A stretch of 64,000 nucleotides of DNA, taken from NCBI RefSeq assembly GCF_003018115.1, contig NZ_CP027457.1; one strand, written 5' to 3'. Numbering within the stretch: the stretch's first letter is position 1; each line of letters starts with the position of its first letter. Below the pieces are notes generated by a model. It ran no database searches, was not told the origin of the DNA, and worked only from the letters and a program-made list of their open reading frames with translations. The position numbers and the translations under genes are program-made. The stretch comes from Escherichia coli (GTDB taxonomy: Bacteria; Pseudomonadota; Gammaproteobacteria; Enterobacterales; Enterobacteriaceae). This document shows positions 31,724 through 44,569 of the stretch, piece by piece.

Positions 31724-33886
31724 ATGACAGAAAAAGTAAAACAACATGCCGCTCCGGTAACGGGCAGTGATGAAATCGATATTGGTCGCCTGGTCGGCAC
31801 CGTCATTGAAGCGCGCTGGTGGGTGATTGGCATCACCGCTGTATTTGCCCTCTGTGCTGTGGTTTACACTTTCTTCGCCACGCCGATTTATAGTGCCGAC
31901 GCACTGGTACAAATCGAACAAAACAGCGGCAATTCGTTAGTGCAGGACATTGGCTCGGCATTAGCCAACAAACCGCCTGCATCGGACGCCGAGATCCAGT
32001 TGATTCGTTCGCGTCTGGTGCTTGGTAAAACGGTGGACGATCTAGACCTCGATATTGCGGTGAGCAAAAACACGTTCCCGATTTTCGGTGCGGGCTGGGA
32101 TCGTTTGATGGGACGTCAGAACGAGACGGTGAAAGTGACCACCTTTAACCGCCCGAAAGAGATGGCGGACCAGGTGTTTACGCTTAATGTGCTGGATGAC
32201 AAAAACTACACTCTGAGCAGTGATGGCGGCTTTAGCGCCCGTGGGCAAGCGGGCCAGATGCTGAAAAAAGAAGGCGTCACGCTGATGGTTGAAGCCATTC
32301 ACGCCCGCCCGGGCAGTGAGTTTACCGTCACCAAATACTCCACGTTGGGGATGATCAACCAACTGCAAAACAGCCTGACGGTAACGGAGAACGGCAAAGA
32401 CGCAGGCGTACTGAGCCTGACTTATACCGGTGAAGATCGCGAACAGATCCGCGACATTCTTAACAGCATCGCCCGTAACTATCAGGAACAAAATATTGAG
32501 CGCAAATCGGCGGAAGCGTCGAAAAGCCTCGCTTTCCTCGCGCAACAGTTACCGGAAGTACGTAGCCGCCTCGATGTTGCCGAAAACAAACTGAATGCCT
32601 TCCGTCAGGATAAAGATTCTGTTGATCTGCCGCTGGAAGCGAAAGCGGTGCTCGATTCGATGGTGAACATCGACGCGCAGTTGAACGAACTGACCTTTAA
32701 AGAGGCGGAAATCTCCAAGCTGTACACCAAAGTTCACCCCGCGTACCGCACGCTGCTGGAGAAACGTCAGGCGCTGGAAGACGAAAAAGCCAAACTTAAT
32801 GGTCGCGTAACGGCGATGCCGAAAACCCAGCAGGAAATTGTCCGTCTGACCCGCGATGTCGAGTCTGGTCAGCAGGTCTATATGCAACTGCTGAATAAAG
32901 AGCAGGAGCTGAAAATCACCGAAGCCAGCACCGTCGGCGATGTGCGCATTGTTGACCCGGCAATCACCCAGCCAGGTGTACTGAAACCGAAGAAAGGGCT
33001 GATTATCCTTGGGGCGATTATTCTTGGCCTGATGCTCTCTATCGTGGGTGTGCTGCTGCGCTCGTTGTTTAATCGCGGCATCGAAAGCCCGCAGGTGCTG
33101 GAAGAACACGGTATCAGCGTCTATGCCAGCATCCCGTTGTCGGAATGGCAGAAAGCGCGCGATAGCGTCAAAACCATCAAAGGGATTAAACGCTATAAAC
33201 AGAGCCAGCTACTGGCGGTGGGGAATCCAACCGATCTGGCGATTGAAGCCATCCGCAGTCTGCGTACCAGTCTGCACTTCGCGATGATGCAGGCGCAGAA
33301 CAATGTGTTGATGATGACCGGGGTTAGCCCGTCAATCGGTAAAACCTTTGTCTGCGCCAACCTGGCGGCGGTGATCAGCCAGACCAATAAACGCGTGTTG
33401 TTGATCGACTGCGATATGCGCAAAGGCTACACCCACGAGCTGTTGGGCACCAATAACGTCAATGGCCTGTCGGAAATTCTGATTGGTCAGGGCGATATTA
33501 CTACCGCAGCTAAACCGACCTCTATTGCCAAATTTGACCTGATCCCGCGCGGTCAGGTGCCGCCAAATCCTTCTGAACTGTTGATGAGCGAACGCTTTGC
33601 CGAACTGGTGAACTGGGCGAGTAAAAACTATGACCTGGTGTTGATTGATACGCCGCCGATTCTGGCAGTGACCGATGCGGCAATTGTTGGTCGTCATGTC
33701 GGAACCACATTAATGGTGGCGCGTTATGCGGTCAACACATTGAAAGAAGTGGAAACCAGTCTGAGCCGCTTTGAGCAAAACGGTATTCCGGTGAAAGGGG
33801 TGATTCTGAACTCCATCTTCCGCCGCGCCAGCGCGTATCAGGATTATGGCTATTACGAATACGAATATAAGTCGGATGCGAAATAA
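31724..33886 (+). CDS. wzc: Tyrosine autokinase / co-polymerase Wzc
   Basis: Start at MTEKVKQHAAP inside track ORF 31688..33886; Walker A (GVSPSIGKT) and C-terminal Tyr-rich tail (YQDYGYYEYEYKSD). Confidence 0.95.
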   Translation: MTEKVKQHAAPVTGSDEIDIGRLVGTVIEARWWVIGITAVFALCAVVYTFFATPIYSADALVQIEQNSGNSLVQDIGSALANKPPASDAEIQLIRSRLVLGKTVDDLDLDIAVSKNTFPIFGAGWDRLMGRQNETVKVTTFNRPKEMADQVFTLNVLDDKNYTLSSDGGFSARGQAGQMLKKEGVTLMVEAIHARPGSEFTVTKYSTLGMINQLQNSLTVTENGKDAGVLSLTYTGEDREQIRDILNSIARNYQEQNIERKSAEASKSLAFLAQQLPEVRSRLDVAENKLNAFRQDKDSVDLPLEAKAVLDSMVNIDAQLNELTFKEAEISKLYTKVHPAYRTLLEKRQALEDEKAKLNGRVTAMPKTQQEIVRLTRDVESGQQVYMQLLNKEQELKITEASTVGDVRIVDPAITQPGVLKPKKGLIILGAIILGLMLSIVGVLLRSLFNRGIESPQVLEEHGISVYASIPLSEWQKARDSVKTIKGIKRYKQSQLLAVGNPTDLAIEAIRSLRTSLHFAMMQAQNNVLMMTGVSPSIGKTFVCANLAAVISQTNKRVLLIDCDMRKGYTHELLGTNNVNGLSEILIGQGDITTAAKPTSIAKFDLIPRGQVPPNPSELLMSERFAELVNWASKNYDLVLIDTPPILAVTDAAIVGRHVGTTLMVARYAVNTLKEVETSLSRFEQNGIPVKGVILNSIFRRASAYQDYGYYEYEYKSDAK

Positions 33887-33896
33887 CGACATCCGC

Positions 33897-34005
33897 TGTC
33901 GGATGCGATGCTGACGCATCTTATCCGACCTACCTTCACGCCGCATCCGGCAAGCAAACCAGCTCCGTAGGCCGGATAAGGCGCTCACGCCGCATCCGGC
34001 AACAG
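33897..34005. repeat. REP/BIME elements between wzc and wcaA
   Basis: Inverted copies of the REP motif (gtcggatgcg...cttatccgacctac and gtaggccggataaggcgctcacgccgcatccggca). Confidence 0.75.
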
Positions 34006-34063
34006 AACCCGTAAACAAGCTTATAAACCGGCAGAACATCTCGATACTCCGGGAGAACAACCT

Positions 34064-34903
34064 ATGAAAGACAATCCGCTGATCTCAATCTATATGCCGA
34101 CCTGGAACCGCCAACAACTGGCGATTCGGGCGATAAAATCGGTCCTGCGCCAGGACTACAGCAACTGGGAGATGATCATCGTGGATGATTGCTCCACCTC
34201 CTGGGAACAACTGCAACAGTACGTCACCGCCCTCAACGATCCGCGTATTACCTACATTCACAACGACATTAACAGCGGGGCGTGCGCGGTACGTAACCAG
34301 GCGATTATGCTGGCGCAAGGGGAATACATTACCGGGATCGATGACGATGATGAATGGACGCCCAACCGCCTGAGCGTCTTCCTCGCCCATAAACAGCAAC
34401 TGGTCACTCACGCCTTTTTGTACGCTAACGACTACGTATGCCAGGGAGAAGTTTATTCCCAACCGGCAAGCTTACCACTGTATCCCAAATCGCCGTACTC
34501 ACGCCGCCTGTTCTATAAACGCAATATCATTGGCAATCAGGTTTTTACCTGGGCGTGGCGTTTCAAAGAGTGCTTGTTCGATACCGAACTGAAAGCAGCA
34601 CAGGATTACGACATCTTCCTGCGGATGGTGGTGGAGTATGGCGAACCGTGGAAAGTGGAAGAGGCGACGCAGATCCTGCATATCAATCACGGTGAAATGC
34701 AGATCACCTCGTCACCGAAAAAATTCTCCGGGTACTTCCACTTTTACCGCAAGCACAAAGATAAATTTGACCGTGCAAGCAAAAAATATCAGCTGTTTAC
34801 CCTCTACCAGATCCGCAATAAACGTATGACCTGGCGCACTTTGCTGACGCTGCTTTCGGTGCGTAACGGCAAACGTCTGGCTGATGGTATTCGGGGGCGC
34901 TAA
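34064..34903 (+). CDS. wcaA: Colanic acid glycosyltransferase WcaA (GT2)
   Basis: 279 aa, GT2 motifs (IIVDDCS, DDDDEW); cluster position. Confidence 0.9.
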   Translation: MKDNPLISIYMPTWNRQQLAIRAIKSVLRQDYSNWEMIIVDDCSTSWEQLQQYVTALNDPRITYIHNDINSGACAVRNQAIMLAQGEYITGIDDDDEWTPNRLSVFLAHKQQLVTHAFLYANDYVCQGEVYSQPASLPLYPKSPYSRRLFYKRNIIGNQVFTWAWRFKECLFDTELKAAQDYDIFLRMVVEYGEPWKVEEATQILHINHGEMQITSSPKKFSGYFHFYRKHKDKFDRASKKYQLFTLYQIRNKRMTWRTLLTLLSVRNGKRLADGIRGR

Positions 34904-34905
34904 AG

Positions 34906-35394
34906 ATGCTGGAAGATCTGCGCGCCAACAGCTGGAGTTTACGTCCGTGCTGCATGGTTCTAGCCTATCGCGTCGCTCATTTTTGTTCGGTGTGGCGCAA
35001 AAAGAACGTCCTCAACAATCTGTGGGCGGCCCCGCTGCTGGTGCTGTATCGCATTATCACCGAATGCTTTTTCGGTTATGAAATCCAGGCCGCCGCGACC
35101 ATTGGCCGCCGCTTTACTATCCATCACGGTTACGCCGTAGTGATCAATAAAAACGTGGTAGCGGGGGATGATTTCACCATTCGCCACGGCGTCACTATCG
35201 GCAATCGTGGTGCCGATAACATGGCATGTCCACATATTGGCAACGGCGTCGAACTCGGTGCCAACGTTATTATTCTTGGTGATATCACGCTTGGTAACAA
35301 CGTCACCGTGGGTGCGGGCAGCGTGGTGCTCGACTCTGTCCCGGACAACGCGCTGGTGGTGGGAGAAAAAGCGCGAGTGAAGGTAATTAAATGA
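34906..35394 (+). CDS. wcaB: Colanic acid acetyltransferase WcaB (hexapeptide repeat)
   Basis: 162 aa with left-handed beta-helix hexapeptide repeats. Confidence 0.9.
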   Translation: MLEDLRANSWSLRPCCMVLAYRVAHFCSVWRKKNVLNNLWAAPLLVLYRIITECFFGYEIQAAATIGRRFTIHHGYAVVINKNVVAGDDFTIRHGVTIGNRGADNMACPHIGNGVELGANVIILGDITLGNNVTVGAGSVVLDSVPDNALVVGEKARVKVIK

Positions 35395-36608
35395 ATATTT
35401 TGCAATTTAATGTGCGACTGGCGGAAGGCGGGGCAGCAGGTGTGGCGTTAGATCTCCACCAGCGTGCGCTGCAACAGGGGCTAGCGTCACATTTTGTCTA
35501 CGGTTACGGCAAAGGCGGCAAAGAGAGCGTCAGCCATCAAAACTATCCGCAGGTCATCAAACATACGCCGCGGATGACTGCAATGGCGAATATTGTCCTG
35601 TTTCGTCTGTTTAATCGCGATCTGTTTGGCAATTTCAATGAGTTATATCGCACCATTACTCGCACACCGGGTCCGGTGGTCCTGCATTTTCATGTGCTGC
35701 ACAGCTACTGGCTAAATCTTAAGAGCGTGGTGCGCTTTTGCGAAAAAGTGAAAAACCATAAACCGGACGTCACTCTGGTCTGGACGCTGCACGACCACTG
35801 GAGTGTTACCGGACGCTGCGCCTTTACCGACGGTTGCGAAGGCTGGAAAACAGGCTGCCAGAAATGCCCGACCTTAAATAATTATCCGCCGGTGAAGATT
35901 GATCGGGCGCACCAGCTGGTGGCGGGCAAACGCCAGTTATTCCGTGAGATGCTGGCGCTGGGCTGTCAGTTTATTTCCCCCAGCCAGCATGTGGCTGACG
36001 CTTTCAATAGCCTGTACGGTCCAGGGCGTTGCCGGATTATCAATAACGGTATTGATATGGCAACCGAAGCGATTCTGGCGGATCTGCCTCCGGTGCGCGA
36101 AACCCAGGGTAAGCCGAAAATCGCGGTGGTGGCGCATGACCTGCGTTACGACGGCAAGACTAACCAGCAACTGGTGCGTGAGATGATGGCGCTGGGCGAC
36201 AAAATCGAACTGCATACCTTTGGTAAGTTCTCGCCGTTCACCGCTGGTAACGTGGTTAATCACGGCTTTGAAACCGACAAACGTAAGCTGATGAGCGCGC
36301 TCAATCAGATGGATGCGCTGGTATTCAGTTCTCGCGTCGATAACTACCCGCTGATTTTGTGTGAGGCGCTATCGATTGGCGTGCCGGTGATTGCCACCCA
36401 TAGCGACGCGGCGCGGGAAGTGCTGCAAAAATCCGGCGGTAAAACCGTCAGCGAAGAAGACGTGCTGCAACTGGTGCAGTTAAGCAAACCGGAAATCGCG
36501 CAGGCGATATTTGGTACCACGTTGGCCGGGTTCAGCCAACGTAGCCGCGCCGCCTACAGTGGACAACAGATGCTGGAGGAGTATGTCAACTTCTATCAGA
36601 ATCTGTAG
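35391..36608 (+). CDS. wcaC: Colanic acid glycosyltransferase WcaC (GT4)
   Basis: 405 aa; cluster position. Confidence 0.9.
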   Translation: MNILQFNVRLAEGGAAGVALDLHQRALQQGLASHFVYGYGKGGKESVSHQNYPQVIKHTPRMTAMANIVLFRLFNRDLFGNFNELYRTITRTPGPVVLHFHVLHSYWLNLKSVVRFCEKVKNHKPDVTLVWTLHDHWSVTGRCAFTDGCEGWKTGCQKCPTLNNYPPVKIDRAHQLVAGKRQLFREMLALGCQFISPSQHVADAFNSLYGPGRCRIINNGIDMATEAILADLPPVRETQGKPKIAVVAHDLRYDGKTNQQLVREMMALGDKIELHTFGKFSPFTAGNVVNHGFETDKRKLMSALNQMDALVFSSRVDNYPLILCEALSIGVPVIATHSDAAREVLQKSGGKTVSEEDVLQLVQLSKPEIAQAIFGTTLAGFSQRSRAAYSGQQMLEEYVNFYQNL

Positions 36609-37800
36609 CTACCTGCTGCTGCCGCTGATCTACCTGCTGGTTAACGTCAAAATCGCCCAGCTTGGTGAAAGTTTCCCCATCACTATCGTCACTTTTTTAC
36701 CTGTCTTGTTACTGCTGTTTTTAGAACGCATCAGCGTTAAAAAATTGATGATTGCCTTAGGGGTTGGCGCGGGGCTCACGGCGTTCAACTATCTGTTTGG
36801 TCAGTCGTTGGATGCCAGTAAATACGTCACTTCAACCATGCTGTTTGTCTATATTGTGATCATTATTGGCATGGTGTGGAGTATTCGCTTTAAAACGATT
36901 TCGCCACACAACCATCGCAAGATATTACGTTTCTTTTATCTGGTGGTCGGGCTGGTGGTGGCGCTGGCGGCGGTGGAGATGGCGCAAATTATCCTCACCG
37001 GTGGCAGCAGTATTATGGAGTCGATTTCGAAATATCTGATTTATAGCAACAGCTATGTACTGAATTTCATTAAATTCGGCGGCAAGCGCACGACAGCACT
37101 TTATTTCGAACCGGCATTTTTCGCTCTGGCATTAATCTCAATTTGGCTCAGCATCAAACAGTTTGGTATCAAAACGCCTAAAACAGATGCTATGATTCTC
37201 GCAGGGATAATATTATCCGGATCGTTTTCAGGGGTTATGACCTTTATCCTGTTTTATTTGCTGGAGTGGGCATTCCAATATCTGAATAAAGAGGCGATTA
37301 AGAAAAAGTTACCGTTAGCATTGATTTCTCTGGCTGTATTCCTGGTTGGTGTGGTAATCGCGTTTCCTTATATTTCCACCCGTCTGGGCGATTTAGGTAC
37401 GGAAGGATCGTCATCGTATTATCGTATTGTCGGTCCGCTGGTGATGGTCGGTTATTCTTTGACCCATATTGACGGTGTAGTCAGATTTGGCTCACTTTAT
37501 GAATATGTCGCATCATTCGGAATATTTAACGGTGCGGATGTCGGAAAAACCATAGACAATGGTTTGTATCTGCTGATTATTTATTTTTCCTGGTTCGCGG
37601 TGTTTTTATCGCTGTGGTACATGGGGAAAGTGATAAAAATGATGATCAACGCTTTTGGTGATAACCGCAATTTTCGCGTGCAATTATATCTTTTTACTCC
37701 GGTTTCGCTGTTTTTTACCGGTTCGATATTTAGCCCGGAATATGCATTTTTAATCGTCTGTCCGTTTATTTTGCGAAAAGCGTTAAATATTACGAGGTAA
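36583..37800 (+). CDS. wcaD: Colanic acid polymerase WcaD
   Basis: Start at [15 protein letters not shown] inside track ORF 36511..37800; polytopic membrane protein. Confidence 0.85.
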   Translation: MSTSIRICSYLLLPLIYLLVNVKIAQLGESFPITIVTFLPVLLLLFLERISVKKLMIALGVGAGLTAFNYLFGQSLDASKYVTSTMLFVYIVIIIGMVWSIRFKTISPHNHRKILRFFYLVVGLVVALAAVEMAQIILTGGSSIMESISKYLIYSNSYVLNFIKFGGKRTTALYFEPAFFALALISIWLSIKQFGIKTPKTDAMILAGIILSGSFSGVMTFILFYLLEWAFQYLNKEAIKKKLPLALISLAVFLVGVVIAFPYISTRLGDLGTEGSSSYYRIVGPLVMVGYSLTHIDGVVRFGSLYEYVASFGIFNGADVGKTIDNGLYLLIIYFSWFAVFLSLWYMGKVIKMMINAFGDNRNFRVQLYLFTPVSLFFTGSIFSPEYAFLIVCPFILRKALNITR

Positions 37801-37810
37801 GAATAAGAAC

Positions 37811-38557
37811 ATGTTGCTTAGCATAATCACTGTCGCGTTTCGTAACCTCGAAGGGATAGTCAAAACACATGCCTCGCTGGCGCATCTGGCGCAGGCGGAC
37901 GATATCAGCTTCGAATGGATTGTTGTCGATGGCGGTTCCAACGACGGTACCCGTGAGTATCTGGAGAATCTCAATAGTATCTATAACCTACGCTTTGTCA
38001 GCGAGCCAGATAACGGTATCTACGACGCCATGAACAAGGGCATTGCGATGGCACAAGGCAAGTTCGCGTTGTTTCTCAACTCGGGCGATATTTTTCATCA
38101 GGATGCCGCAAATTTTGTTCGTAAGTTAAAAATGCAAAAAGATAACGTGATGATCACCGGCGATGCGCTGCTGGATTTTGGCGACGGGCATAAAATTAAG
38201 CGTAGTGCTAAACCGGGTTGGTATATTTATCACAGCCTGCCCGCCAGCCATCAGGCGATATTTTTCCCGGTATCCGGTTTGAAAAAATGGCGTTATGACC
38301 TGGAATATAAAGTTTCTTCTGATTACGCGCTGGCAGCTAAAATGTATAAAGCAGGTTATGCATTTAAAAAACTCAATGGCCTGGTGTCTGAATTTTCCAT
38401 GGGTGGGGTATCAACCACCAATAATATGGAATTGTGTGCTGACGCCAAAAAAGTCCAACGGCAGATATTACATGTGCCTGGCTTCTGGGCAGAATTATCC
38501 TGGCATTTACGCCAACGTACTACCTCAAAGACGAAAGCCTTATATAACAAAAGCTGA
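37811..38557 (+). CDS. wcaE: Colanic acid glycosyltransferase WcaE (GT2)
   Basis: 248 aa; cluster position. Confidence 0.9.
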   Translation: MLLSIITVAFRNLEGIVKTHASLAHLAQADDISFEWIVVDGGSNDGTREYLENLNSIYNLRFVSEPDNGIYDAMNKGIAMAQGKFALFLNSGDIFHQDAANFVRKLKMQKDNVMITGDALLDFGDGHKIKRSAKPGWYIYHSLPASHQAIFFPVSGLKKWRYDLEYKVSSDYALAAKMYKAGYAFKKLNGLVSEFSMGGVSTTNNMELCADAKKVQRQILHVPGFWAELSWHLRQRTTSKTKALYNKS

Positions 38558-38572
38558 ATATAAGGGAAAACG

Positions 38573-39121
38573 ATGCAGGATTTAAGCGGTTTCTCGGTGC
38601 CGAAAGGGTTCCGGGGCGGCAACGCTATTAAAGTGCAATTATGGTGGGCAGTACAGGCAACAATATTTGCCTGGTCGCCACAAGTATTGTATCGCTGGCG
38701 GGCTTTTTTATTACGTTTATTCGGAGCAAAAATAGGAAAAAACGTAGTTATTCGTCCGTCAGTAAAAATTACCTATCCGTGGAAATTAACCTTAGGTGAT
38801 TACGCGTGGGTCGGCGATGACGTCAATTTATATACCCTCGGTGAAATAACCATTGGCGCACATTCGGTGATATCGCAAAAAAGTTATTTATGCACCGGTA
38901 GCCACGACCATGCAAGTCAACATTTCACCATTAACGCCACGCCTATTGTGATTGGCGAGAAATGCTGGCTGGCAACCGATGTCTTTGTTGCCCCAGGCGT
39001 CACAATCGGCGACGGCACTGTCGTGGGTGCACGAAGCAGTGTTTTTAAATCGCTTCCGGCAAATGTGGTTTGCCGGGGGAATCCCGCAGTGGTGATACGC
39101 GAACGCGTTGAAACTGAATAA
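38573..39121 (+). CDS. wcaF: Colanic acid acetyltransferase WcaF (hexapeptide repeat)
   Basis: 182 aa; cluster position. Confidence 0.9.
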   Translation: MQDLSGFSVPKGFRGGNAIKVQLWWAVQATIFAWSPQVLYRWRAFLLRLFGAKIGKNVVIRPSVKITYPWKLTLGDYAWVGDDVNLYTLGEITIGAHSVISQKSYLCTGSHDHASQHFTINATPIVIGEKCWLATDVFVAPGVTIGDGTVVGARSSVFKSLPANVVCRGNPAVVIRERVETE

Positions 39122-39146
39122 ATTCAAAAATACAGAGGAATAAGAC

Positions 39147-40268
39147 ATGTCAAAAGTCGCTCTCATCACCGGTGTAACCGGACAAGACGGTTCTTACCTG
39201 GCAGAGTTTCTGCTGGAAAAAGGTTACGAGGTGCATGGTATTAAGCGTCGCGCATCGTCATTCAACACCGAGCGCGTGGATCACATTTATCAGGATCCGC
39301 ACACCTGCAACCCGAAATTCCATCTGCATTATGGCGACCTGAGTGATACCTCTAACCTGACGCGCATTTTGCGTGAAGTACAGCCGGATGAAGTGTACAA
39401 CCTGGGGGCAATGAGCCACGTTGCGGTCTCTTTTGAGTCACCAGAATATACCGCTGACGTCGACGCGATGGGTACGCTGCGCCTGCTGGAGGCGATCCGC
39501 TTCCTCGGTCTGGAAAAGAAAACCCGTTTTTATCAGGCTTCCACCTCTGAACTGTACGGTCTGGTGCAGGAAATTCCGCAGAAAGAAACCACGCCGTTCT
39601 ACCCGCGATCTCCGTATGCGGTCGCCAAACTGTACGCCTACTGGATCACCGTTAACTACCGCGAATCCTACGGCATGTACGCCTGTAACGGTATTCTCTT
39701 CAACCATGAATCCCCGCGCCGCGGTGAAACCTTCGTTACCCGCAAAATCACCCGCGCAATCGCCAATATCGCCCAGGGGCTGGAGTCGTGCCTGTACCTC
39801 GGCAATATGGATTCCCTGCGTGACTGGGGCCATGCCAAAGACTACGTAAAAATGCAGTGGATGATGCTGCAACAGGAACAGCCGGAAGATTTCGTTATTG
39901 CTACCGGCGTTCAGTACTCCGTACGTCAGTTCGTGGAAATGGCGGCAGCACAGTTGGGCATCAAACTGCGCTTTGAAGGCACGGGTGTTGAAGAGAAGGG
40001 CATTGTGGTTTCCGTCACCGGGCATGACGCGCCGGGCGTTAAACCGGGTGATGTGATTATCGCCGTTGATCCGCGTTACTTCCGTCCGGCAGAAGTTGAA
40101 ACGCTGCTCGGCGACCCGACCAAAGCGCACGAAAAACTGGGCTGGAAACCGGAAATCACCCTCAGAGAGATGGTGTCTGAAATGGTGGCTAATGACCTCG
40201 AAGCGGCGAAAAAACACTCTCTGCTGAAATCTCACGGCTACGACGTGGCGATCGCGCTGGAGTCATAA
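39147..40268 (+). CDS. gmd: GDP-mannose 4,6-dehydratase
   Basis: 373 aa; [31 protein letters not shown] matches Gmd. Confidence 0.95.
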
Positions 40269-40270
40269 GC

Positions 40271-41236
40271 ATGAGTAAACAACGCATTTTTATCGCTGGC
40301 CATCGTGGGATGGTCGGTTCTGCCATCAAGCGGCAGCTCGAACAGCGCGGTGATGTGGATCTGGTATTACGTACCCGCGACGAGCTGAACCTGCTGGACA
40401 GCCGCGCCGTGCATGATTTCTTTGCCAGCGAACGCATTGACCAGGTCTATCTGGCGGCGGCGAAAGTGGGCGGCATTGTTGCCAACAACACCTATCCGGC
40501 GGATTTCATCTACCAGAACATGATGATTGAGAGCAACATCATTCACGCCGCGCATCAGAACGACGTGAACAAACTGCTGTTTCTCGGATCGTCCTGCATC
40601 TACCCGAAACTGGCAAAACAGCCGATGGCAGAAAGCGAGTTATTGCAGGGCACGCTGGAGCCGACCAACGAGCCTTACGCCATTGCCAAAATCGCCGGGA
40701 TCAAACTGTGCGAATCTTACAATCGCCAGTACGGACGAGATTACCGCTCGGTCATGCCGACCAACCTGTATGGCCCGCATGACAACTTCCACCCGAGTAA
40801 TTCGCATGTGATCCCAGCATTGCTGCGTCGCTTCCACGAGGCGACGGCACAGAATGCGCCGGACGTGGTGGTGTGGGGCAGCGGTACACCGATGCGTGAA
40901 TTCCTGCACGTCGATGATATGGCGGCGGCGAGCATTCATGTGATGGAGCTGGCGCACGAAGTCTGGCTGGAAAACACCCAGCCGATGCTGTCGCACATTA
41001 ACGTCGGCACGGGCGTTGACTGCACTATCCGCGAGCTGGCGCAAACCATCGCCAAAGTGGTGGGTTACAAAGGTCGGGTGGTTTTTGATGCCAGTAAACC
41101 GGATGGTACGCCGCGCAAACTGCTTGATGTGACGCGCCTGCATCAGCTTGGCTGGTATCACGAAATCTCACTGGAAGCGGGGCTTGCCAGCACTTACCAG
41201 TGGTTCCTTGAGAATCAAGACCGCTTTCGGGGGTAA
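40271..41236 (+). CDS. fcl: GDP-L-fucose synthase (WcaG)
   Basis: 321 aa; [19 protein letters not shown]ossmann motif; follows gmd. Confidence 0.95.
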   Translation: MSKQRIFIAGHRGMVGSAIKRQLEQRGDVDLVLRTRDELNLLDSRAVHDFFASERIDQVYLAAAKVGGIVANNTYPADFIYQNMMIESNIIHAAHQNDVNKLLFLGSSCIYPKLAKQPMAESELLQGTLEPTNEPYAIAKIAGIKLCESYNRQYGRDYRSVMPTNLYGPHDNFHPSNSHVIPALLRRFHEATAQNAPDVVVWGSGTPMREFLHVDDMAAASIHVMELAHEVWLENTQPMLSHINVGTGVDCTIRELAQTIAKVVGYKGRVVFDASKPDGTPRKLLDVTRLHQLGWYHEISLEAGLASTYQWFLENQDRFRG

Positions 41237-41238
41237 TG

Positions 41239-41718
41239 ATGTTTTTACGTCAGGAAGACTTTGCCACGGTAGTGCGCTCCACACCGCTTGTCTCTCTCGA
41301 CTTTATTGTCGAGAACAGTCGCGGCGAGTTTCTGCTTGGCAAAAGAACCAACCGCCCGGCGCAGGGTTACTGGTTTGTGCCGGGAGGGCGCGTGCAGAAA
41401 GACGAAACGCTGGAAGCCGCATTCGAGCGGCTGACGATGGCGGAACTGGGGCTGCGTCTGCCGATAACAGCAGGCCAGTTTTACGGTGTCTGGCAGCACT
41501 TTTATGACGATAACTTCTCCGGCACGGATTTCACCACTCACTATGTGGTGCTCGGTTTTCGCTTCAGAGTCGCTGAAGAAGATCTGATACTGCCGGATGA
41601 GCAGCATGACGATTACCGCTGGCTGACGCCGGACGCGCTGCTCGCCAGTAACGATGTTCACGCTAACAGCCGCGCCTATTTTCTCGCTGAGAAGCGTGCC
41701 GGAGTACCCGGATTATGA
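41239..41718 (+). CDS. gmm: GDP-mannose mannosyl hydrolase (Nudix; WcaH)
   Basis: About 159 aa, [24 protein letters not shown]...; track ORF begins one codon earlier (41236). Confidence 0.9.
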   Translation: MFLRQEDFATVVRSTPLVSLDFIVENSRGEFLLGKRTNRPAQGYWFVPGGRVQKDETLEAAFERLTMAELGLRLPITAGQFYGVWQHFYDDNFSGTDFTTHYVVLGFRFRVAEEDLILPDEQHDDYRWLTPDALLASNDVHANSRAYFLAEKRAGVPGL

Positions 41719-42938
41719 AAATACTGGTCTACGGCATTAACTACTCGCCGGAGTTAACCGGTATCGGCAAATACACCGGCGAGATGGTGGAATGGCTGGC
41801 GGCACAAGGTCATGAGGTGCGGGTTATTACCGCACCGCCTTACTACCCGCAGTGGCAGGTGGGTGAGAACTATTCCGCCTGGCGCTACAAACGAGAAGAG
41901 GGGGCCGCCACGGTGTGGCGCTGCCCGCTGTATGTGCCAAAACAGCCGAGCACCCTGAAACGCCTGTTGCATCTCGGCAGTTTTGCCGTCAGCAGTTTCT
42001 TTCCACTGATGGCGCAACGTCGCTGGAAGCCGGATCGCATTATCGGCGTAGTGCCAACGCTGTTTTGCACGCCGGGAATGCGCCTGCTGGCGAAGCTCTC
42101 TGGTGCGCGTACCGTGCTGCATATTCAGGATTACGAAGTGGACGCCATGCTGGGGCTGGGCCTTGCCGGAAAAGGCAAAGGCGGCAAAGTGGCACAGCTG
42201 GCAACGGCGTTCGAACGTAGCGGACTGCATAACGTCGATAACGTTTCCACGATTTCGCGTTCGATGATGAATAAAGCCATCGAAAAAGGCGTGGCGGCGG
42301 ATAACGTCATCTTCTTCCCCAACTGGTCGGAAATTGCCCGTTTTCAACATGTTGCAGACGCCGATGTTGATGCCCTTCGTAACCAGCTTGGCCTGCCGGA
42401 TAACAAAAAAATCATTCTTTACTCCGGCAATATTGGTGAAAAGCAGGGGCTGGAAAACGTTATTGAAGCTGCCGATCGTCTGCGCGATGAACCGCTGATT
42501 TTTGCCATTGTCGGGCAGGGCGGCGGCAAAGCGCGGCTGGAAAAAATGGCGCAGCAGCGTGGACTGCGCAACATGCAATTTTTCCCGCTGCAATCGTATG
42601 ACGCTTTACCCGCACTGCTGAAGATGGGCGATTGCCATCTGGTGGTGCAAAAACGCGGCGCGGCAGATGCCGTATTGCCGTCGAAACTGACCAATATTCT
42701 GGCGGTAGGCGGTAACGCGGTGATTACCGCAGAGGCCCACACAGAACTGGGGCAGCTTTGCGAAACCTTTCCGGGCATTGCGGTTTGCGTAGAACCGGAA
42801 TCGGTCGAGGCGCTGGTGGCGGGGATCCGTCAGGCGCTCCTGCTGCCCAAACACAACACGGTGGCACGTGAATATGCCGAACGCACACTCGATAAAGAGA
42901 ACGTGTTACGTCAATTTATAAATGATATTCGGGGATAA
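41715..42938 (+). CDS. wcaI: Colanic acid glycosyltransferase WcaI (GT4)
   Basis: 407 aa; cluster position. Confidence 0.9.
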   Translation: MKILVYGINYSPELTGIGKYTGEMVEWLAAQGHEVRVITAPPYYPQWQVGENYSAWRYKREEGAATVWRCPLYVPKQPSTLKRLLHLGSFAVSSFFPLMAQRRWKPDRIIGVVPTLFCTPGMRLLAKLSGARTVLHIQDYEVDAMLGLGLAGKGKGGKVAQLATAFERSGLHNVDNVSTISRSMMNKAIEKGVAADNVIFFPNWSEIARFQHVADADVDALRNQLGLPDNKKIILYSGNIGEKQGLENVIEAADRLRDEPLIFAIVGQGGGKARLEKMAQQRGLRNMQFFPLQSYDALPALLKMGDCHLVVQKRGAADAVLPSKLTNILAVGGNAVITAEAHTELGQLCETFPGIAVCVEPESVEALVAGIRQALLLPKHNTVAREYAERTLDKENVLRQFINDIRG

Positions 42939-42940
42939 TT

Positions 42941-44377
42941 ATGGCGCAGTCGAAACTCTATCCAGTTGTGATGGCAGGTGGCTCCGGTAGCCGCTTATGG
43001 CCGCTTTCCCGCGTACTTTACCCCAAGCAGTTTTTATGCCTGAAAGGCGATCTCACCATGCTGCAAACCACCATCTGCCGCCTGAACGGCGTGGAGTGCG
43101 AAAGCCCGGTGGTGATTTGCAATGAGCAGCACCGCTTTATTGTCGCGGAACAGCTGCGTCAACTGAACAAACTCACCGAGAACATTATTCTCGAACCGGC
43201 AGGGCGTAACACTGCACCTGCCATTGCACTGGCGGCGCTGGCGGCAAAACGTCATAGCCCGGAGAGCGACCCGTTAATGCTGGTATTGGCGGCGGATCAT
43301 GTGATTGCCGATGAAGACGCGTTCCGTGCCGCCGTGCGTAATGCCATGCCATATGCCGAAGCGGGCAAGCTGGTGACCTTCGGCATTGTGCCGGATCTAC
43401 CAGAAACCGGTTATGGCTATATTCGTCGCGGTGAAGTGTCTGCGGGTGAGCAGGATACGGTGGCCTTTGAAGTGGCGCAGTTTGTCGAAAAACCGAATCT
43501 GGAAACCGCCCAGGCCTATGTGGCAAGCGGCGAATATTACTGGAACAGCGGTATGTTCCTGTTCCGCGCCGGACGCTATCTCGAAGAACTGAAAAAATAT
43601 CGCCCGGATATTCTCGATGCCTGTGAAAAAGCGATGAGCGCCGTCGATCCGGATCTTGATTTTATTCGTGTGGATGAAGAAGCGTTTCTCGCCTGCCCGG
43701 AAGAGTCGGTGGATTACGCGGTCATGGAACGTACGGCAGATGCTGTTGTGGTGCCGATGGATGCGGGCTGGAGCGATGTTGGTTCCTGGTCTTCATTATG
43801 GGAGATCAGCGCCCACACCGCCGAGGGCAACGTTTGCCACGGCGATGTGATTAATCACAAAACTGAAAACAGCTATGTGTACGCCGAATCTGGCCTGGTC
43901 ACCACCGTCGGGGTGAAAGATCTGGTAGTGGTGCAGACCAAAGATGCGGTGCTGATTGCCGACCGTAACGCGGTGCAGGATGTGAAAAAAGTGGTCGAGC
44001 AGATCAAAGCCGATGGTCGCCATGAGCATCGGGTGCATCGCGAAGTGTATCGTCCGTGGGGCAAATATGACTCTATCGACGCGGGCGACCGCTACCAGGT
44101 GAAACGCATCACCGTGAAACCGGGCGAGGGCTTGTCGGTACAGATGCACCATCACCGCGCGGAACACTGGGTAGTGGTCGCGGGAACGGCAAAAGTCACC
44201 ATTGATGGTGATATCAAACTGCTTGGTGAAAACGAGTCCATTTATATTCCGCTGGGGGCGACGCACTGCCTGGAAAATCCGGGGAAAATTCCGCTCGATT
44301 TAATTGAAGTGCGCTCCGGCTCTTATCTCGAAGAGGATGATGTGGTGCGCTTCGCGGATCGCTACGGACGGGTGTAA
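42941..44377 (+). CDS. cpsB: Mannose-1-phosphate guanylyltransferase (ManC/CpsB)
   Basis: 478 aa; [24 protein letters not shown] nucleotidyltransferase motif plus C-terminal cupin domain. Confidence 0.95.
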   Translation: MAQSKLYPVVMAGGSGSRLWPLSRVLYPKQFLCLKGDLTMLQTTICRLNGVECESPVVICNEQHRFIVAEQLRQLNKLTENIILEPAGRNTAPAIALAALAAKRHSPESDPLMLVLAADHVIADEDAFRAAVRNAMPYAEAGKLVTFGIVPDLPETGYGYIRRGEVSAGEQDTVAFEVAQFVEKPNLETAQAYVASGEYYWNSGMFLFRAGRYLEELKKYRPDILDACEKAMSAVDPDLDFIRVDEEAFLACPEESVDYAVMERTADAVVVPMDAGWSDVGSWSSLWEISAHTAEGNVCHGDVINHKTENSYVYAESGLVTTVGVKDLVVVQTKDAVLIADRNAVQDVKKVVEQIKADGRHEHRVHREVYRPWGKYDSIDAGDRYQVKRITVKPGEGLSVQMHHHRAEHWVVVAGTAKVTIDGDIKLLGENESIYIPLGATHCLENPGKIPLDLIEVRSGSYLEEDDVVRFADRYGRV

Positions 44378-44378
44378 A

Positions 44379-44482
<104 letters not shown>

Positions 44483-44569
44483 GAATGCGAAACCGAGATG
44501 TAAATAACGACAAAAACAAAATTGGCCGTTTCGGTCAGGGCCAACTATTGCCTGAAAAAGGGTAACGAC